From Promethearchaeota archaeon (GTDB taxonomy: Archaea; Asgardarchaeota; Heimdallarchaeia; Hodarchaeales; Hodarchaeaceae): a stretch of DNA of 64,000 bases. The position numbers and the translations under genes were made by a program. The stretch lies in contig JBHLMN010000001.1 in NCBI GenBank assembly GCA_048938105.1, forward strand, positions 288,001 to 352,000, given 5' to 3'. The notes under the pieces are model-generated. The model saw nothing but the letters and a program-made list of their open reading frames with translations. It searched no databases and was not told the origin of the DNA. Positions 60,823 to 64,000 of this stretch are shown here, piece by piece (within the stretch, counting starts at the first letter, position 1; the number at the start of each line of letters is the position of its first letter).

Positions 60823-62709
60823 CTAAAGAAGATTGATTGATATTGTTTCCATGGGTGGATAAAGCTTTATTTGAGTACGCTCTTCTACCAGTTGAATGAG
60901 TTCCAGATACAGTTGCTTATAATCCATTTCTCTCTGACTAGTTTTCCCAGGCACAATGATCTCATTGACATTTGCAATTTGAACTGCTTCATTGTACCCT
61001 GCAGCAGCATGGCGTAAAATTGCAGACATCGGATCCCAGGTTAACACCCGAAAGATCATCTCTTGAGATAAAGGGGTTCCATCAGCAACACATACCTGAC
61101 CTGCATGAAGTGAATATCCTACACCAACTCCTCCACCTCCATGATAGCTGGTCCAAGTTGCCCCAGAAAGAGAGTTACCTAATAAATTTAAGACTGGATA
61201 GTCTCCAATCGCATCAGAACCATCTTTCATCCCTTCAGTTTCACGATAAGGACTTGCTACGGAACCTCCATCAAGATGGTCTCGTCCAATTATCACAGGA
61301 GCCTTAATTAAACCATCGGAAAAAAGTTTATTTAGAAGCATCCCAAATGCAGCCCTTCCTTTATATCCAGCCCAAAAAACCCTTGCAGGTAAACCACCCT
61401 CGAAGGGAATATATTTTGATGCTAAATCTATCCAATTTATTAACATTGGATCATCGTAAAATAATAACTTAGCATATTTATCTGTAACTCGAATATCTTC
61501 TGGGTCATTTGAGAGCGCTGCCCATCGAAATGGACCCTTACCTTCACAAAAGAGAGGACGGATATAATTAGGTACGAATCCAGAGAAATTAAAAGCTTCA
61601 GAAAGTCCCACGTTATACGCTTGAGCTCTAATGTTATTCCCATAATCAAATGTTTCTGAACCTCTCTCTTGTAAAGTCAGCATTGCTTGTACATGTCGTT
61701 TTACTGTCTCGAATGCTCGTTTTTTATATTCTGCAGGATTTGATTTTCTAAGCTCTACCGCTTCCAAATAAGTCATATCACTTGGAATATAACCATTTAA
61801 CATGTCATGAGCTGAGGTCTGATCAGTTAGGACATGAGGAGTTATATTTTGTGCAATTAAATATTCTAAGAGATCTACCGCATTACACAGAATACCTATT
61901 GATGTAGGTTTATTCTTTTCAACACTTTCTTGTGCTAGTTGAACACCCTCGCTAATTGATTCTACTTTTTTATCCAAATATGGAGTTCCTTTATCTCTGC
62001 CCTGATGAAATATTCGGTCTAAATTTTCAGGATCAATTTCTGCAATTAGAGATGTTTTTCCAGCCATTTTTATAGCTAAGGGTTGTGCTCCTCCCATCAA
62101 CCCTAAGCCTGCTGTTACGACAAGATTCTGTTCAAAGTTTGAAAGAGAAGAAAAATATTCCTTAGATTCGGCTGCTTTTATTGCTGCAACAATAGTTTCA
62201 TAAGTTCCCTGAATTATTCCTTGAAGTCCGATAAAAATCCAGCTTCCTGCAGTCATTTGACCATAAACGGTTAGACCTGCGTCAACCATTTCTTGAAAAA
62301 ACTGAACCCAATTAGGTACAATTACAGAATTAGTGATGACACATCTTGGTGCAAGGGGATGAGTTATCGTTTTACCATAAGGAACCCCCGATTGCATAAA
62401 CAGCGTTTCATTGGGCTTTAGAGTCTTAAGTAGCTCAATTGTATCATAATAAGCTTTCCAATTTCGCATCGCTTTTCCACTACCTCCATAGATAAAGAAT
62501 TCTTCCCAATTTTTTCCATTATGGAGGTTTGAGATAATTGCACGAATGATCCCCTCTGTTTGCCAACCTGCTTCAGTCGTTGGAGTAAGTGCATCCTTTC
62601 CTCGAGGAAGTGGAGGGATTTCTTTCGGCTTTAAGTCTAATCGTAATCTTTCAGGCTCACTAATCTTGTGAGCACCTTCTTGTATTTCTTTCAATCTTGT
62701 TTTTTTCAT
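60823..62709 (-). CDS. hutU: Urocanate hydratase
   Basis: YGGSGKA, YGQMTAGSW, GLGLMGGAQP, TDQTSAHD, FDYGN, GKGPFRW, GRDHLD, SPYRETE, HGGGGVG. Confidence 0.96.
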   Translation of the reverse strand: MKKTRLKEIQEGAHKISEPERLRLDLKPKEIPPLPRGKDALTPTTEAGWQTEGIIRAIISNLHNGKNWEEFFIYGGSGKAMRNWKAYYDTIELLKTLKPNETLFMQSGVPYGKTITHPLAPRCVITNSVIVPNWVQFFQEMVDAGLTVYGQMTAGSWIFIGLQGIIQGTYETIVAAIKAAESKEYFSSLSNFEQNLVVTAGLGLMGGAQPLAIKMAGKTSLIAEIDPENLDRIFHQGRDKGTPYLDKKVESISEGVQLAQESVEKNKPTSIGILCNAVDLLEYLIAQNITPHVLTDQTSAHDMLNGYIPSDMTYLEAVELRKSNPAEYKKRAFETVKRHVQAMLTLQERGSETFDYGNNIRAQAYNVGLSEAFNFSGFVPNYIRPLFCEGKGPFRWAALSNDPEDIRVTDKYAKLLFYDDPMLINWIDLASKYIPFEGGLPARVFWAGYKGRAAFGMLLNKLFSDGLIKAPVIIGRDHLDGGSVASPYRETEGMKDGSDAIGDYPVLNLLGNSLSGATWTSYHGGGGVGVGYSLHAGQVCVADGTPLSQEMIFRVLTWDPMSAILRHAAAGYNEAVQIANVNEIIVPGKTSQREMDYKQLYLELIQLVEERTQIKLYPPMETISINLL

Positions 62710-62905
62710 CTAAAATCTCCTAATTACAGTTTAATTGGAAAAACCTTCCACTCCAAGTTATTTCTTCTGAGTTTCAGAATAAAATTTCATCTTATAAAAA
62801 CTCTAGCCTCAGAATAGGGTATTTCTTCTTTAATGCTGGAATTGGCTCCTATTCGAAAAAATTCGGTTTTTTTAATTAGTTAAGAATATAGCATTAAATC
62901 TTGAA

Positions 62906-63610
62906 TTACCCTTTTCGCAGTTCAGAAACGAGGATATCACGAATAACCATTTGAATAGGCTGAATGATTCTTTGGACTGGCTGAGGACGTCGTTTAGGAT
63001 TCCATTCCCCCTTTCCCCAGGCTTCTTTCAATGCTTCCAATGCTTCTAGACAACTAACTTCAAAGGTACTAGCAAAAGTATCCCTTAATTTGTCAGAAAT
63101 GCCAGCTTCTAACATTAATCTTCCAACATCAGCAGCAGAAATTCGTGTATCAGCAGGAAGATCCATTTTGTTTAGCATAATAGCCATTTTAACCTCACGA
63201 CTATAGAGTTTCTCACCCAATATCTGAAACAGTTCAGTGAGGCTATCCTTATTCTCCTCCCAACGAGCACTCTCTGAATCAATTACCACAATAAGTCCAT
63301 GGAGTCCATTAACAACAATTTTTCGCATAGATTTAAACCGATCTTGGCCTGGTGTTGTAAAAAGATGATATTTAAATCCTGAGCCTGGTCCTGTGCCTAA
63401 ACCAAATGTTGCTTGATCGAAACCAATAGTTCGTTCAGTTGCTTTATCTTCGAGTTTCAAAAAGTTATATACGCTCTCAGGATCCTCTTTCTTCTTGATG
63501 GCATGAAATAAGCTGAGTGCAGTAGTTTTTCCAGCTAATGTCGGGCCCCAAAAAACAATTTTAATTCCTTTTTGAGCCTCTTCAAAAACAAGTTCTTCTT
63601 CTTGACTCAA
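62906..63610 (-). CDS. MglA-family small GTPase
   Basis: KIVFWGPTLAGKTT, TERTIGFD, HLFTTPGQ, RKIVVNG, NKMD. Confidence 0.88.
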   Translation of the reverse strand: MSQEEELVFEEAQKGIKIVFWGPTLAGKTTALSLFHAIKKKEDPESVYNFLKLEDKATERTIGFDQATFGLGTGPGSGFKYHLFTTPGQDRFKSMRKIVVNGLHGLIVVIDSESARWEENKDSLTELFQILGEKLYSREVKMAIMLNKMDLPADTRISAADVGRLMLEAGISDKLRDTFASTFEVSCLEALEALKEAWGKGEWNPKRRPQPVQRIIQPIQMVIRDILVSELRKG

Positions 63611-63947
63611 TGAAGCTTCCTCGGTGTAATAACTAGGTGGCTTTACGCTAACAAATAAGTCTAACGCATCATCATTATATATTTTATTCTATTTCCAATA
63701 CTACATAAAAGCACCACATAAATAATAAAAATTTGAGAAATGTGATAATATCTGAAATATGCCTCCCTATACCCCTTTTTTTTCCATTCAAGGATTTCTT
63801 GACTATAAATTATTGTTATTATCACAATTAAAAAAAATCACATACTTATTGAGAGCTGCTGTGAAAAATCATATAATAAAATAATATTAATATCTTCTTA
63901 ATTACAATAGCTGTCTGTTTTAGATTCAAATTCTATGGAGAAAAAGA

Positions 63948-64000
63948 ATGACTGATAATTTTGATATAATTGCAGTTTCTCCTCACCCAGACGATGCAGA
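63948..64000 (+). CDS. PIG-L/BshB-family deacetylase, 3'-truncated (absent from the ORF track)
   Basis: Manual translation MTDNFDIIAVSPHPDDA; HPDD metal motif; GGAG SD upstream. Confidence 0.75.
   Translation, partial: MTDNFDIIAVSPHPDDA

Noticed and set aside
496-61649. Numerous short overlapping or antisense ORFs in the track (e.g. 496..738, 7831..8085, 12831..13241, 27595..27933, 33586..33993, 60972..61307)
   Set aside because: They overlap longer genes with better support and show no motifs of their own; treated as shadow ORFs
1-64000. tRNA, rRNA, CRISPR arrays, integrases
   Set aside because: No cloverleaf/T-loop signatures, regular repeat-spacer arrays or recombinase motifs were found by eye; a tRNAscan-SE/Infernal run would be needed to exclude them fully

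Overview
AT-rich, gene-dense archaeal chromosomal segment. It most likely comes from an Asgard archaeon of the Heimdallarchaeia/Hodarchaeales type; this is inferred from gene content, not from a phylogeny. Archaeal housekeeping genes are present: cdc48, ribose-1,5-bisphosphate isomerase, Nre/EndoQ repair, SRP RNA, trpB2, mptA/folE2, arcS-RaSEA, a COG1777 regulator with grpE-dnaK-dnaJ, GGPP synthase, tfe and hutIHU. They are interleaved with many eukaryotic-signature-like proteins: three small GTPases (Arf-like with a longin-like tail, Rab-like, MglA-like), about nine roadblock/longin-domain proteins, a Yip1 protein, a tail-anchored Q-SNARE-like protein and a CINP/C1orf109-like protein. Most notable observations: (1) a signal-peptide/ectodomain/3-TM protein ending in a cytoplasmic HEPN domain with an intact RxxxxH motif, i.e. 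a candidate receptor-ribonuclease; (2) a folliculin/SMCR8-type longin domain keeping the GAP arginine finger, fused to two roadblock-like domains; (3) apparently inactivated FtsZ-like and MinD/ParA-like domains, each fused to a longin domain; (4) two candidate structured non-coding RNAs. No rRNA, tRNA, CRISPR array or transposase was recognised. All family calls come from motif reading by eye; no searches were run.
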